32,728 nt of DNA. It comes from a virus. This document shows positions 6,064-15,700 of this stretch, in pieces. The notes below the pieces were generated by a model that did not search any database, was not told where the DNA came from, and worked only from the letters and a program-made list of their open reading frames with translations. How positions within the stretch are numbered: the stretch's first letter is position 1; every line of letters starts with the position of its first letter. The stretch is from the IMG/VR virus record IMGVR_UViG_3300045988_120863; one strand, written 5' to 3'. The translations under genes were made by a program, and so were the position numbers.

Positions 6064-8108
6064 GAGGGGAGTTTTTGAAGCCGCGAGCCGAGGTCGGAGT
6101 ACGTGCTGGAGGGCGCGTAGCAGCCGTAGAGGTAGAACGGCCCCGCGAGGGTGCCGTCGTAGTAGTTGCCGCCCACATAGAGCCCACGGACGCCGGAGTT
6201 ATAGTAGCAATAATCCGGGACGTAGGTCGTGTCGGAGCCGCCGACCGTGTTCGGGTAGATAAAGGAATTATCGGAGGAGTCATGCCCCCACGCCTTGATC
6301 CACCCGCCCGAGGTCGCTCGCGTGTTGCTTCTTACGGTGGCGCCCGTGCCGTTGTAGGTATCTGCGAAATTCGCCGGGTTGTTGTAGGTGCAAATATTCG
6401 CGCCGGAGAAAATAATTCCGTCGCGCCACTCGAGCACATTTCCCCACCAATTTTCAATATTGCGGTACTGGATCGCGACGTTTCCGTCCGTGCCCGCGGC
6501 GCGGCCCGTGTGGTAGGTCATGGAGTCGGTTCCGCCCGTATTGATAACGGAGCCGGAGTCCACGTTTCCGCGCCCGATCTTGGTTTGTCCGTTCCAGTTC
6601 GCGAACTCGACGAGGTAGAGATACCAAAGCGTGAGTTGCAAGGCGAAATCCGCTTGATAATATCCGGTTCCGAGGGCCTTAATCCCGCTCCTGAACGAGG
6701 AGAGGGAGGTATTCACTTTCGGAGACTGGCCCGTCCTGGACTGATAGGAGGAATTGCACTCGTAGCGGCCAATATAGACGACGTCGCGCTCTCCGACGCC
6801 GTCACCGCGGTCTCGGTGGGCCGGGGAGACCTGGAAACCGTCTGTTGCCTGGTCTGCGATCTGCACCTTAAAGGGCGAGTGCGTCACCTTTACCCAAAAT
6901 TTCGGGATTTTTACGAGGGTGTTATTTCCGTCCGTTACCTTTGTCATGCCCGACCACGGGAGGCAGTTATCAAAGGGAGAGCTCCCGGCCCCGGTTCCCA
7001 CCGCGGGGACGGGATCAGCAAAGAGGGCCGAGTCGTCCGTCCTGGTGAGGGCCGTCGTGCTCGAGCCGTCCCAGGTGACGCCGTAAATACGGACAAAGGC
7101 CGCCGTCACGTTGCAAGTCTTATTCGCAGGGGCGTTGTGGTTGGTGCCCGCGGAGACCTTGATCGTGATAACCGCGGAGCCGCTCTTTTGATTGACGCCG
7201 GAAACCGTGACTTTCGTCCCGCTCACGCTGACGGTGGCGACGCTGGTATTACTGGACTCGGCGGAGATCGTACCGTTACCCGCCCGCGTGACGTTGATCG
7301 TCCCGGTCGGGTTCGAGCTGTCCAGCGTGAGGGAGGTCGGAGAAATGCTCAGACTGCCCGCGGCCTTGCCGATAGTCCAGTTTACGGACTTCGCCGCCGT
7401 GGTTCCGTCGCTCCACTCATAGTTAGAGGTCGGAGTAAAGGTCGCGGCGTAGGTTCCGGCGTTCGTGGCCGACGTCGTCCCGCCGAGCGTCAGTTGTGCC
7501 GAATTGTAGTTGTTCCAGTTCGGCGAGAGCGAGGAGCCCGTATAGGTGAGACTCCCGCTCTGGCTCGGGACGGTGGAGATCACGGCGCGGGAAACGGTGA
7601 CGGGCGTCGTCACCGCCGCCGAGACGCCGTTTTCCGTATATTTCACGGTGACGCTCTGACTCCCGAGGGAGGTAAAGGTCGAGGGGCTCGTCGTGTAGCC
7701 CGTTACTGCCGCCGTGCTCCCGTCCGTATAGGTGGCCTTTACGACCATTCCCGCCGCGGAAAACGCCTCTCCGTAGCGATACGCCGTCTTTGTGGGCGGC
7801 GTGGTGACTGCAATCGAGACGAGTTTCGGGATCACGGTCACGGCCTGGGAGGCTGTGACACTCTTTCCGCCCTCGGTATATCGGATCGTGACACTCGTCA
7901 CGCCGTCCAGCAAAGGCCCGCTCGGCTCCACGGCGTAGCCCGTGGCGGCCAGCTTGGCGCCGTTGGAATAGGTCGCCGTTACCACCATTCCCGCGGGGTC
8001 GAAACTCTCGCCGGAGAGGTATCTCGTTTTCGTGGGCGGCGTCGTAACGGCAATCGAGACGAGCTTGATCCCGCCTCCGCCGCCGACCATGTTATACACG
8101 TTTCCCAT
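6054..8108 (-). CDS. DGR target: tail fibre / receptor-binding protein (684 aa) with Ig-like repeats and a C-terminal variable region
   Basis: It carries two Big_3-like repeats (KLVSIAVTTPPTKT.Y..GE.F..AGMVV.ATY). The C-terminus GGNYYDGTLAGPFYLYGCYAPSSTYSDLGSRL is encoded by VR. RBS GGAGGG. Located at the distal end of the tail module. Confidence 0.85.
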   Translation of the reverse strand: MGNVYNMVGGGGGIKLVSIAVTTPPTKTRYLSGESFDPAGMVVTATYSNGAKLAATGYAVEPSGPLLDGVTSVTIRYTEGGKSVTASQAVTVIPKLVSIAVTTPPTKTAYRYGEAFSAAGMVVKATYTDGSTAAVTGYTTSPSTFTSLGSQSVTVKYTENGVSAAVTTPVTVSRAVISTVPSQSGSLTYTGSSLSPNWNNYNSAQLTLGGTTSATNAGTYAATFTPTSNYEWSDGTTAAKSVNWTIGKAAGSLSISPTSLTLDSSNPTGTINVTRAGNGTISAESSNTSVATVSVSGTKVTVSGVNQKSGSAVITIKVSAGTNHNAPANKTCNVTAAFVRIYGVTWDGSSTTALTRTDDSALFADPVPAVGTGAGSSPFDNCLPWSGMTKVTDGNNTLVKIPKFWVKVTHSPFKVQIADQATDGFQVSPAHRDRGDGVGERDVVYIGRYECNSSYQSRTGQSPKVNTSLSSFRSGIKALGTGYYQADFALQLTLWYLYLVEFANWNGQTKIGRGNVDSGSVINTGGTDSMTYHTGRAAGTDGNVAIQYRNIENWWGNVLEWRDGIIFSGANICTYNNPANFADTYNGTGATVRSNTRATSGGWIKAWGHDSSDNSFIYPNTVGGSDTTYVPDYCYYNSGVRGLYVGGNYYDGTLAGPFYLYGCYAPSSTYSDLGSRLQKLPSAA
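6077..6219 (-). repeat. DGR variable repeat (VR), 143 bp, 3' end of the fibre gene
   Basis: See TR. VR differs from TR only at TR-adenine positions. In TR coordinates these are 5819, 5836, 5842, 5862, 5869, 5889, 5890, 5899, 5902 and 5947. Confidence 0.9.
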
Positions 8109-8110
8109 AT

Positions 8111-8794
8111 TTAACCCTCCACTTTGATTTTCATAATCGAGACCTTGAGGGCCTCGGTCGGTGTTTCTTCACAATGGAATGTGATCTGTCCCGCCGTGGC
8201 GACGCTGTCCGCATGGATCACGGCGGAGGTATAGGCGCCGTAGCTGTCCGGGTCGGGGGTGATGATATACCCGTAGCCGGAGACAACGAGGCCCGCGTTC
8301 TGCACAGTCTGAGCGCCGTTCGACCACCCGCTCACGGGAAGCGTGACGGCGATCTCGTTCGCACCCGGGCCCGCGGGGCCCTGGTCGCCTTGGTCGCCCT
8401 TGCCGCCTTTGAGCTCCCCGGAGTTATATTTCTCCTGAAATGTCTCGCCGTCGTCAAAGGTGACGCCGTCCGCCGTCGCGGTCTTGGCCGCGTCCTTGAT
8501 ATTGTCGATCATGGCCGCATGATCCGCCGCGGTGTAGTTGCGACCGATCAGCTCGCCCGCGTTCCAGGACTTCGCGGAGCCCTCGACGCCGCGGGTACAC
8601 CCGGAGAGGGCGTTTGCCGTCTTGGCGGTATAGAGGATCGTCTCGCCGCCCTCGTCGGTGCCGATTGTGGCGTAGTTCGGAGCGTCAGGAAATGCCGAGA
8701 CGTCCGAGACTTTTATGATGGTGTCCGCCGCGCCGATGGTGTCCGTGAGGGTGGCTTGAGGCGAGAACGGAATACCGTAATACATGGGTTTCAT
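8111..8794 (-). CDS. Tail fibre protein with a short collagen-like segment
   Basis: ATG at 8794 has GGAGG upstream. Five G-X-Y triplets (GGKGDQGDQGPAGPG). Sits between Tal and the DGR target. Confidence 0.5.
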   Translation of the reverse strand: MKPMYYGIPFSPQATLTDTIGAADTIIKVSDVSAFPDAPNYATIGTDEGGETILYTAKTANALSGCTRGVEGSAKSWNAGELIGRNYTAADHAAMIDNIKDAAKTATADGVTFDDGETFQEKYNSGELKGGKGDQGDQGPAGPGANEIAVTLPVSGWSNGAQTVQNAGLVVSGYGYIITPDPDSYGAYTSAVIHADSVATAGQITFHCEETPTEALKVSIMKIKVEG

Positions 8795-8808
8795 GGGTTG
8801 CACCTCCG

Positions 8809-10761
8809 TCAAACTGTGTTATCGCCGCGGGACTGTATGAAGCCCTGGACGATAAGGTCGATACTGATATAGGCGAGGTCGTCCGGCCTCACCTCGAGCG
8901 ATAGCCAGCTCCCGCGGGGGATCATGTTGTCCGAGCCTACCAAAAAGGCCGTTATATCGAGCTCGGCATTTCTCCCGGCGAAATCCGCCTTTTTCTCCCC
9001 GTTGACGTAGAGGGAAAAATTCTGAGGGTTGCCGTACTCGAAAATGCCGGGTGTGATCTTGTGCTCGTGGCCGGGTATCGTGACCTTATGGGAATGGCCG
9101 GGGATCGTAATATCGTGCGTATGGGCCGGGATCGTTACCTTGTGGGAGTGATCGTCGATCTCTACCTCGTGATTGTGCCGCGGGATCGTGATTTCGTGGT
9201 CGTGCTCTCCGTGGGAGTGGGCGCCGGACTCGATAAAGGTCGCGTAGCCGTCCGCGATCACGTTCCCGTTGGCGTCCTTTCCGCCGTAAACGGCCAGCTT
9301 TACGCGGTCGGGTATGCCGTGGTTATGCTTCGCGGCGTTATACATGGCCGCCTCGGTCGGATAGATGTTTTCGGCGGAAAGAATAACCGCGGTCGCCGTG
9401 AGCGTCTTTTTCGCCTCGTAGGTGGTGGAGGTGTACGTCCCGCCGCCCGAGGTGGTCGTCGCGGTGGTTCTGCCGCCCGACGAGCTCGTCCGGGTGTCCT
9501 CGTCGCTCGTGCTCGAGGTGATGGTCTTACTCTCCGCCGCCTCCGTGGCCTTGGAGTATGCGCGGAACTTTTTCATGCGTACCTTTACGAGGACTTTATT
9601 CACGATCCGCATTTCCGAGGGGAGAAAGAAATCCATTGTCGCCCCGGAGTCCGGGGCGCTGTTGGCTTGGAGGGCTTGACTGTAAATCTGCGTCGCGCCC
9701 TGTGCGTAGGTCTGCTCGATCCGCTGACGATCCGCCATATCGGCCAGAGAGGCCGCGATAGAGGTCTCCCGGTTGGCGACGGTGATCGTGGACTCTTTCA
9801 AATCGTCCCGTTTCCTGGTTAGCTCGGTTATGTAGGTATCGACGGAGTCCCCGACCTCCGGGAAGATAATACGGACGCGCTTTCCGATTGCGGCCTTATC
9901 ATAGTCCGAGGCCGTGAGTTCGTGAAAACCCACGGAGTAGGAAACGAGCGGCTCTTGCAGTTCTGAGAGCATGATCTCCGCCGCCGCCTTGAGGGAGGCC
10001 GCGTCCTCATACCGCCGATCTATCCACACCCTTTCAATGATCCCGTACTTGTCCGTGATTTCTTTCGGGCTCTGAATGTACGGGACGCCGTCGTTTACGC
10101 CCTTAATATTGAGCTGGTTTATGCCCTCGCCGTAGCCCAGCGGATAAAGCCGGGTAACGATATTCTGAGGATCACGGCCTCGTGTGTAGCTCGTCATATT
10201 GTAGCGGCGCCGGACGTACATTTCAGGCCGCCCGGTCGTGACGAGCTTTTTCAGGGAGAGGCGCCACGGGTAAACGGTGGTATCTGTGACGATCATAGGG
10301 GACGAGAGCGGAGAGAGGACGGAGAAAAGCGCCGAGAGGAGCGACTCTTGCTCCCACCCGTATTCAAATTGATTTCGGAAATCGCACTCGTCGAGCACCC
10401 AATTTTTCACGAGCTGGTGATCCAGGATATAACGGATCACGTCGGCTGTGTAGACGCCCAGGTTTCCGACGACATGGTAGCCGAAAAGGACATTGTCGAT
10501 CAGCGTCGCGAGGACGTGCTCGCATTGATAGGAAATCCCGCCCGACTCGGAGACGGAGAGGGTCTCCGGCATGATCCGATAGAGCTCCCCGCCGTCCGGG
10601 CGGACGTAATAGAACGGCTTACAATACTCGTTTTTCGAGTCTCCGTATGGGAGGGAAAAATAGAAATACCACACGGAGTTGATTTTCTGCGACTCGGAGG
10701 CCGCGTAGGCGTTCTCGAGGATCGCCACGCGCCGCCGCGTCTTGTCGAATACTTCAATCAT
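8809..10761 (-). CDS. Tail-associated lysin-like / tail tip protein (Tal, Prophage_tail-type N-terminus) with a His-rich repeat region
   Basis: The N-terminus MIEVFDKTRRRVAILENAY...YQCEHVLATLIDNVL matches the siphophage minor structural / tail endopeptidase type. Seven HxH motifs lie at 9046-9219. Confidence 0.7.
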   Translation of the reverse strand: MIEVFDKTRRRVAILENAYAASESQKINSVWYFYFSLPYGDSKNEYCKPFYYVRPDGGELYRIMPETLSVSESGGISYQCEHVLATLIDNVLFGYHVVGNLGVYTADVIRYILDHQLVKNWVLDECDFRNQFEYGWEQESLLSALFSVLSPLSSPMIVTDTTVYPWRLSLKKLVTTGRPEMYVRRRYNMTSYTRGRDPQNIVTRLYPLGYGEGINQLNIKGVNDGVPYIQSPKEITDKYGIIERVWIDRRYEDAASLKAAAEIMLSELQEPLVSYSVGFHELTASDYDKAAIGKRVRIIFPEVGDSVDTYITELTRKRDDLKESTITVANRETSIAASLADMADRQRIEQTYAQGATQIYSQALQANSAPDSGATMDFFLPSEMRIVNKVLVKVRMKKFRAYSKATEAAESKTITSSTSDEDTRTSSSGGRTTATTTSGGGTYTSTTYEAKKTLTATAVILSAENIYPTEAAMYNAAKHNHGIPDRVKLAVYGGKDANGNVIADGYATFIESGAHSHGEHDHEITIPRHNHEVEIDDHSHKVTIPAHTHDITIPGHSHKVTIPGHEHKITPGIFEYGNPQNFSLYVNGEKKADFAGRNAELDITAFLVGSDNMIPRGSWLSLEVRPDDLAYISIDLIVQGFIQSRGDNTV

Positions 10762-11453
10762 AAATATCTCTCCGTATAGATGATCTGTCCCTCGAGGGCG
10801 CCCCCGGTCGCGCTTTCCACGATCAGGCGGAGGAGCTCTCTCGAGACGTTGATCCAGTCTCCCGACTGAGCATAGAGCACGTTTTCCCCGTCCAGCATGG
10901 CGAGGAAAACGTCACTATCGAGCCGGAGCTCGCCCCCTGGCGGAATGGTGACTTGCATAAGCACGACCTCCGCCGTCTGAGATGTGGCGTCCATGATCGC
11001 CGTGAGAATATCCGCCGCCACAAAGGCGGTGCAAATATTCTTCGAGGCGCTCCCGTTGGCGTTTAGGGCCTCGTAGGCCGCGACTATTGTCGGGATATGC
11101 TTCGACCCCTGCACCGCCGCCGCGAGGCTGTCAGCGGACGTCAGGGCGGCGCGGAGGTTCTTTATTGCCCCCACCTCCGCCGCGAGCCGTTCCGCCGCCG
11201 TAAACTGGGCGACAATGTTCGCCGACATTTTTACCGTGGAGGAGAGGGCCTCGGTCGCGCTCATGGTGGAGACGACCGAGATCGTCCCTCGGGTGTAGCC
11301 CTGGACGGCGTCGGCGTACCGTTCGCGGACGTCTACGGGGATCGCCACGCCCGCAACGGAGTTCAAAGCCTCGGAGAACGTCTCCGCGATCTCGATTGTT
11401 TTCGTCTCGAGATTGACGGAAAATTTCGCGAGGCTATATCTCCTCTCAAACAT
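10758..11453 (-). CDS. Tail-module protein (231 aa); C-terminal part resembles the C-terminal domain of distal tail (Dit) proteins
   Basis: An Ala/Ser-rich repetitive N-half (SATEALSS, TAAERLAA, SADSLAAA) is followed by VTIPPGGELRLDSDVFLAMLDGENVLYAQSGDWINVSRELLRLIVES...IIYTERYL. Confidence 0.4.
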   Translation of the reverse strand: MFERRYSLAKFSVNLETKTIEIAETFSEALNSVAGVAIPVDVRERYADAVQGYTRGTISVVSTMSATEALSSTVKMSANIVAQFTAAERLAAEVGAIKNLRAALTSADSLAAAVQGSKHIPTIVAAYEALNANGSASKNICTAFVAADILTAIMDATSQTAEVVLMQVTIPPGGELRLDSDVFLAMLDGENVLYAQSGDWINVSRELLRLIVESATGGALEGQIIYTERYL

Positions 11454-12232
11454 CAGTTAATCCCCACCTCGATAGCGGCCTCGGCAATCGTCGGCATATA
11501 TCCTTTCTTGATCTCCACCGACTCGACAAGAGCCTTGATATACACGGGCTCGCCGGACGAGGAGGCCGAGTAGATGGCCGAATGTGTCCAGGTGCCCCAC
11601 GCCGTAGAGGGACGGTTGAACGCGGTCGCGACGGAGTTCCGGGCGATAATCTGTCCCGAGGTTTGCTCCGCGGGGGCGCCGAACGTGAGCGCGGCGCGGG
11701 CGTAGTTGTCGCCGGAGAGCTCGGAGCCGCCCGCCTCCGGCGAGCCGTTCCAGAGGGAGAAATACGGTGCGATCCCCTGGATCGACTGGCCGCGGAGAAT
11801 GTTCAAAACCTTAGTTTTCCACGCTCTCGAGAGGTTTCCCGTGAGATAGAAAAGGACGTCTCCGGCAAGGAACACGGGAGGCTCGTCGGCGCCGATTACG
11901 AGGGGTTCCACGAGCTCGCCGCGGCAAAGCATATTGCCGCCCGCGAGGGAGTCCAAAATACCGACGTGCGTAATGGTGCCCGCCGCGGTGACGGGCGTCG
12001 GGAAAGTAATGTCCTCGAGGTTTTGGACGCCGATACCGCCGTTTGTCTCTGCGGGAGAGGAGAAATCAATCTCGATCCGCTTATATCCCGCATAGCTTAC
12101 CTCCGTACCGCTTGCCCCGTCCTCGCCGGGGTCGTTGAGGTAGAGAGCGAGGTAGACTTTCGCGGGGGCCGCAAAGGTGACGCCGCGGAGGACGTTCAGG
12201 ACGCCGTTTTCCAGGTAGTCGCAAGCATACAT
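11453..12232 (-). CDS. Tail-module protein (259 aa) with an internal tandem duplication
   Basis: ATG at 12232 with AAAGGAG upstream. The halves align: VLNVLRG..YLALY..PGEDGASGTEVS..YKR...SPAE..G..N..F..P...GTITH versus VLNILRG..YFSLW..PEAGGSELS..YAR...APAE..G..N..F..P...GTWTH. Confidence 0.4.
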   Translation of the reverse strand: MYACDYLENGVLNVLRGVTFAAPAKVYLALYLNDPGEDGASGTEVSYAGYKRIEIDFSSPAETNGGIGVQNLEDITFPTPVTAAGTITHVGILDSLAGGNMLCRGELVEPLVIGADEPPVFLAGDVLFYLTGNLSRAWKTKVLNILRGQSIQGIAPYFSLWNGSPEAGGSELSGDNYARAALTFGAPAEQTSGQIIARNSVATAFNRPSTAWGTWTHSAIYSASSSGEPVYIKALVESVEIKKGYMPTIAEAAIEVGIN

Positions 12233-12234
12233 GA

Positions 12235-12765
12235 TTAAACACTCCTTTTTATGGCTGTAATGGTTACGTTTGAAATATCTGTTTCCGACGTGTTGCGGAG
12301 CACGATCACGCAAGGGGCCTCCGCCGTCCCCTGGTAGTCGATCACGTTCTCGCCGTTCTTGAGCGGCTCAGTGATCGTCTTTCCAAATGCAAAGGGCGGG
12401 TTATACGACCATGTGATCGTAAACTCGCCATATTTGAGGTGTTGGGACATGGGCGGCCCGCCCGACAATCTGGCGAGATAATACTTGTCCGGCTCGCGGT
12501 CGAAAATCAGCCGCCCGGAGCCTGAGAGCCAGTAGGCAATTTCCCGGCACACCTCCGGGACAGTCTTTCCCTCCGGGCAGACGAACGAACAAAGAACGCT
12601 CTCGGCCCGCTCGTTATAGACCGCTCCGACGTCGTCGTAATAGCCGGAGCGCCCGGGGATCGTGATTTTTCCCTCCCGCTTTGGCGGGAGGAGTGTCCGG
12701 CTTTGATCCTGTGTGTAAATGCCGAATTTGCTACTATGGACGCCCTTAAAGGAAAATCCGCTCAT
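12235..12765 (-). CDS. Distal tail protein (Dit), N-terminal Sipho_tail-like part (176 aa)
   Basis: MSGFSFKGVHSSKFGIYTQDQSRTLLPPKREGKITIPGRSGYYD... is typical of siphovirus tail component proteins. It lies immediately after the tape measure with an ATGA overlap. Confidence 0.65.
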   Translation of the reverse strand: MSGFSFKGVHSSKFGIYTQDQSRTLLPPKREGKITIPGRSGYYDDVGAVYNERAESVLCSFVCPEGKTVPEVCREIAYWLSGSGRLIFDREPDKYYLARLSGGPPMSQHLKYGEFTITWSYNPPFAFGKTITEPLKNGENVIDYQGTAEAPCVIVLRNTSETDISNVTITAIKRSV

Positions 12766-15700
12766 AGGCTACCGCCTCCTCTCGATCTTTTTTCCCGCTC
12801 CGTCATGTAATAGAGCTCTTGGGCCACGCGCTCGACGTCCTGGTCGTCCCGGACTTCCATTTTCTCGATATGGAATTGATAGGTCGAGCCCCCGCCGCCC
12901 ACTTTCTCGGTGGCCGCGGCGACGACCGCGGCGGTCTGCCTCTGCTGGGCGGCGACGGCGTCGGCCTCTGTGCCTTTCGGCTGCGCCCGCTCATAGGCCC
13001 GGATCGCGGATTTTGCGAGGGACTCATACGTCCGCTCGAGTTGGCTCCGCATATCCTCTCCGCCCTCAATGGCGCCGAGGATCGTATTCCGACCGTCGTC
13101 ACGGAATACGCGGGACGGGGAATGAATGTCCAGGGTAGATTTATAGGCGTTGTTTGCCGCCCGGGCGAGGGATCGGTAGGTCGATACCAGGGAGGAGCGC
13201 ATACTTTCGGCGCCCTCGATATAGCCCTCAATGGTGGCGGCGCCCGCGGCCCCGGCCTCTACGGAGACGTCGAGCTCGTCCATGCAATCTTTCATGCGCT
13301 TCTCGATGTCAGCCATTTTTTCGGAGAAATCCGTCTCCATTTCGGCGACGGTATCTCCAAAGGCATTTTTACCCTCCTCGACCTTTGCGAGCTGTTCGTT
13401 CAGGGCCGCGATCTCGTCCTCGCCGCCCTCGACAATGGCCGCGAGGATCTGAGCGGACTCCTCGGAGCCGTCCGCGAGCTTTTTCACGAGGCCCTCGTCT
13501 ACGCCGAGTTCCATAGCCTTTTGAATGTTGGCGGCGTAGGTCTCCATATAGGAAACCTGGCCCTTGAGGGTCTCAATCAGGCTATCAATGGAGGTTTTGG
13601 CCGTGCCGTCGAGATCATTAAAGAGCCCGAGTTGTCCCTCGATACTCTCGACCGCTTTCGCGTGGCTCTCCTCGTAGGCCGTTTGTAGGGCCTCCATTTC
13701 GGAGATCAGTCCATTTACTGTGGAGGTCATTTCCTCGGTGGCCTGGGCGCTTTTTTCCTGCCACGCGCCGAACTCCGCCGACTCCTCCTCGAGGGCGGCG
13801 ATCTGCGCTTGATTGTCCTCGAGGGCCGTTGTGAGCTCGTCTATGTTGTTTTGGAGCGTCCAGGTATTCCCGGAGCCTGTTTCCTGGGCCTCCGCAAGGG
13901 CCGCTTGCGCTTCTTCGAGGCGGGAGGTTATCTCCGCTTGCTCGGTGTAAAGCTCCGAGAGGCGGGCGACCTGGGCCTCGTACTCCTCTTGATCCGCCGC
14001 GCGTTCGACCAGGGCGTCGAGGGCCTCGGTCGTCATGTTGATCGAGTCCGTGGCGGCGTCGTAGGCGAGACCGAGGTTCGGAACGTCCTCGTTAAGCTGG
14101 GCCACCATTTCGGCGATTGCGGCCTTTTGAGCGGCGGATTTTTCCTCTACCTCGAGGAGGGATTGCAGGGAGTCCACCGTCGCGGCGGTCGTGGCCTGTT
14201 CCTCGGCCATAGAGTCGGAGAGTTCCTCATAGGCCGACTTTGTTTCCTGGAGAGACTCGGTAAAGGCCCGCGTCTCCTCGTCTGCATTGTCCAGGGTGAG
14301 GATAAAGGTTCCGATAGCGGCCACGAGGGCAGTTACCCCCGCCGCCACCAAAAAAGCCGGATTTGCCGCCATTACGGCGTTAAGTACGCCTTGCGCCACG
14401 GCGGCAATACTCGCGGCGTTGGCCGCGAGGGTTACTCCCGCCGCGAGAGTGCCGATCCCGACCGTTGTCGCCGTGATCGCCTTGACGAGCCACGGGTTTT
14501 CATTGACGAAATCGGTCGCCCAGGTAAAGGCGTCCGCGCCCACGGAATACAATTTCTCGAGGGCTGGGTTCAGTTGGTCGCCGATGGCGATTTTCAGGTT
14601 TTCCGAGGCCGTCGTCATTCGCTGTTGTGCAAATTCCGTTGTATCGGCCATTGTCTCGAAATTCCGCTCGACGGCGCCGGAGCTGTTTTGCATTTTTACG
14701 AGGGTATCGTTAAATTTCTCCGATCCCTGGTTGAGGAGCGTTAGGGCGGCCTGTCCGGCTGTGGTAGAGCTCCACAAGTTCGAGAACGCGGTCGAGTTCC
14801 CGTCTACGCTGTCCGAGAGGATCGAGATAACGTCGCCCAGGCTTGCGCCGTCCGCCATGAGTTCGGCAAAGGATTTCCCGGTCTGCTCCTCGAGGATCGT
14901 CGCGACGGTGCCGCCCTCGGAGGCCAGCTCGTTAAACATGGCGCCGAGGTTCGTCGTCGCTATGGCCGTATTCGTGCCGCTTGCGGTGATAATCGCATAA
15001 GAGGCGGAGAGCTGGTCGAGGCTCACGTTATACGCCGCCGCGGTCGGGATCACACGTCCCATAGTGGCCGCAAGCTCGCCGACGCTGGTTTTACCGAGGT
15101 CTTGCGTCTTTACGAGCATAGAGGCGACCTTTTCGGCGTCCGAGCCCGCGAGGCCGTAGGCATTGAGGGCAGTCGTAACGACGTCAACGGCGGTCGCTGA
15201 CTCCGTAAAGCCCGCGACGGATAGCTTTGTCGCGGTAGAGACGAAATCAACCACGTTCGCGGTGTCCACGCCCGCCGACAAGGCTTGATATGTGGCCTCG
15301 GCGAGAGACTCCACCGCGACGCCCGTCTCGCCGGAGAGGCTCACAAGCTGGGCTTTGATCGTGTCCATAGAGACGACGGAGGTATCGGCAAGGGTGGAAA
15401 CCTTGGCGAGGGCCGTCTCGAAACCCGCCGCGGCCTTAGAGCACTCCATGAGTGCGTCTGCGATCTCTTTCACGCTCTTAGCGACGCCCGCCGCGGCCAG
15501 TGCGGCGGCGAGCTGGGTTATTCCGTCCTTGGAGTCTTTGACCTTGTTCCCGAATTTGTCGATAGAGGTCGCGCACCCATCTGTTGACTTTTTGGCCTCG
15601 TCGAGGTATTTATCGTTTTCGCTTATAGCCTCGTTCGTCTCGTTGAGCTCGATCTTTGCCTTGTTTAACTGCTGTTGCCAGTTCTCGACGCCCCGCTCGG

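Noticed and set aside
7770-8080. Tandem ~240-bp DNA repeat inside the fibre gene
   Set aside because: It is not an independent repeat element. It is the nucleotide image of two adjacent Big_3-like Ig domains in the same reading frame.
6021-8114. 697-aa plus-strand ORF antisense to the DGR target gene
   Set aside because: It is a shadow ORF of a high-GC minus-strand gene. The product is Arg/Gly/Ala/Val-rich and low in complexity. It has no RBS, and the opposite strand encodes a protein with clear Ig-repeat and VR features.
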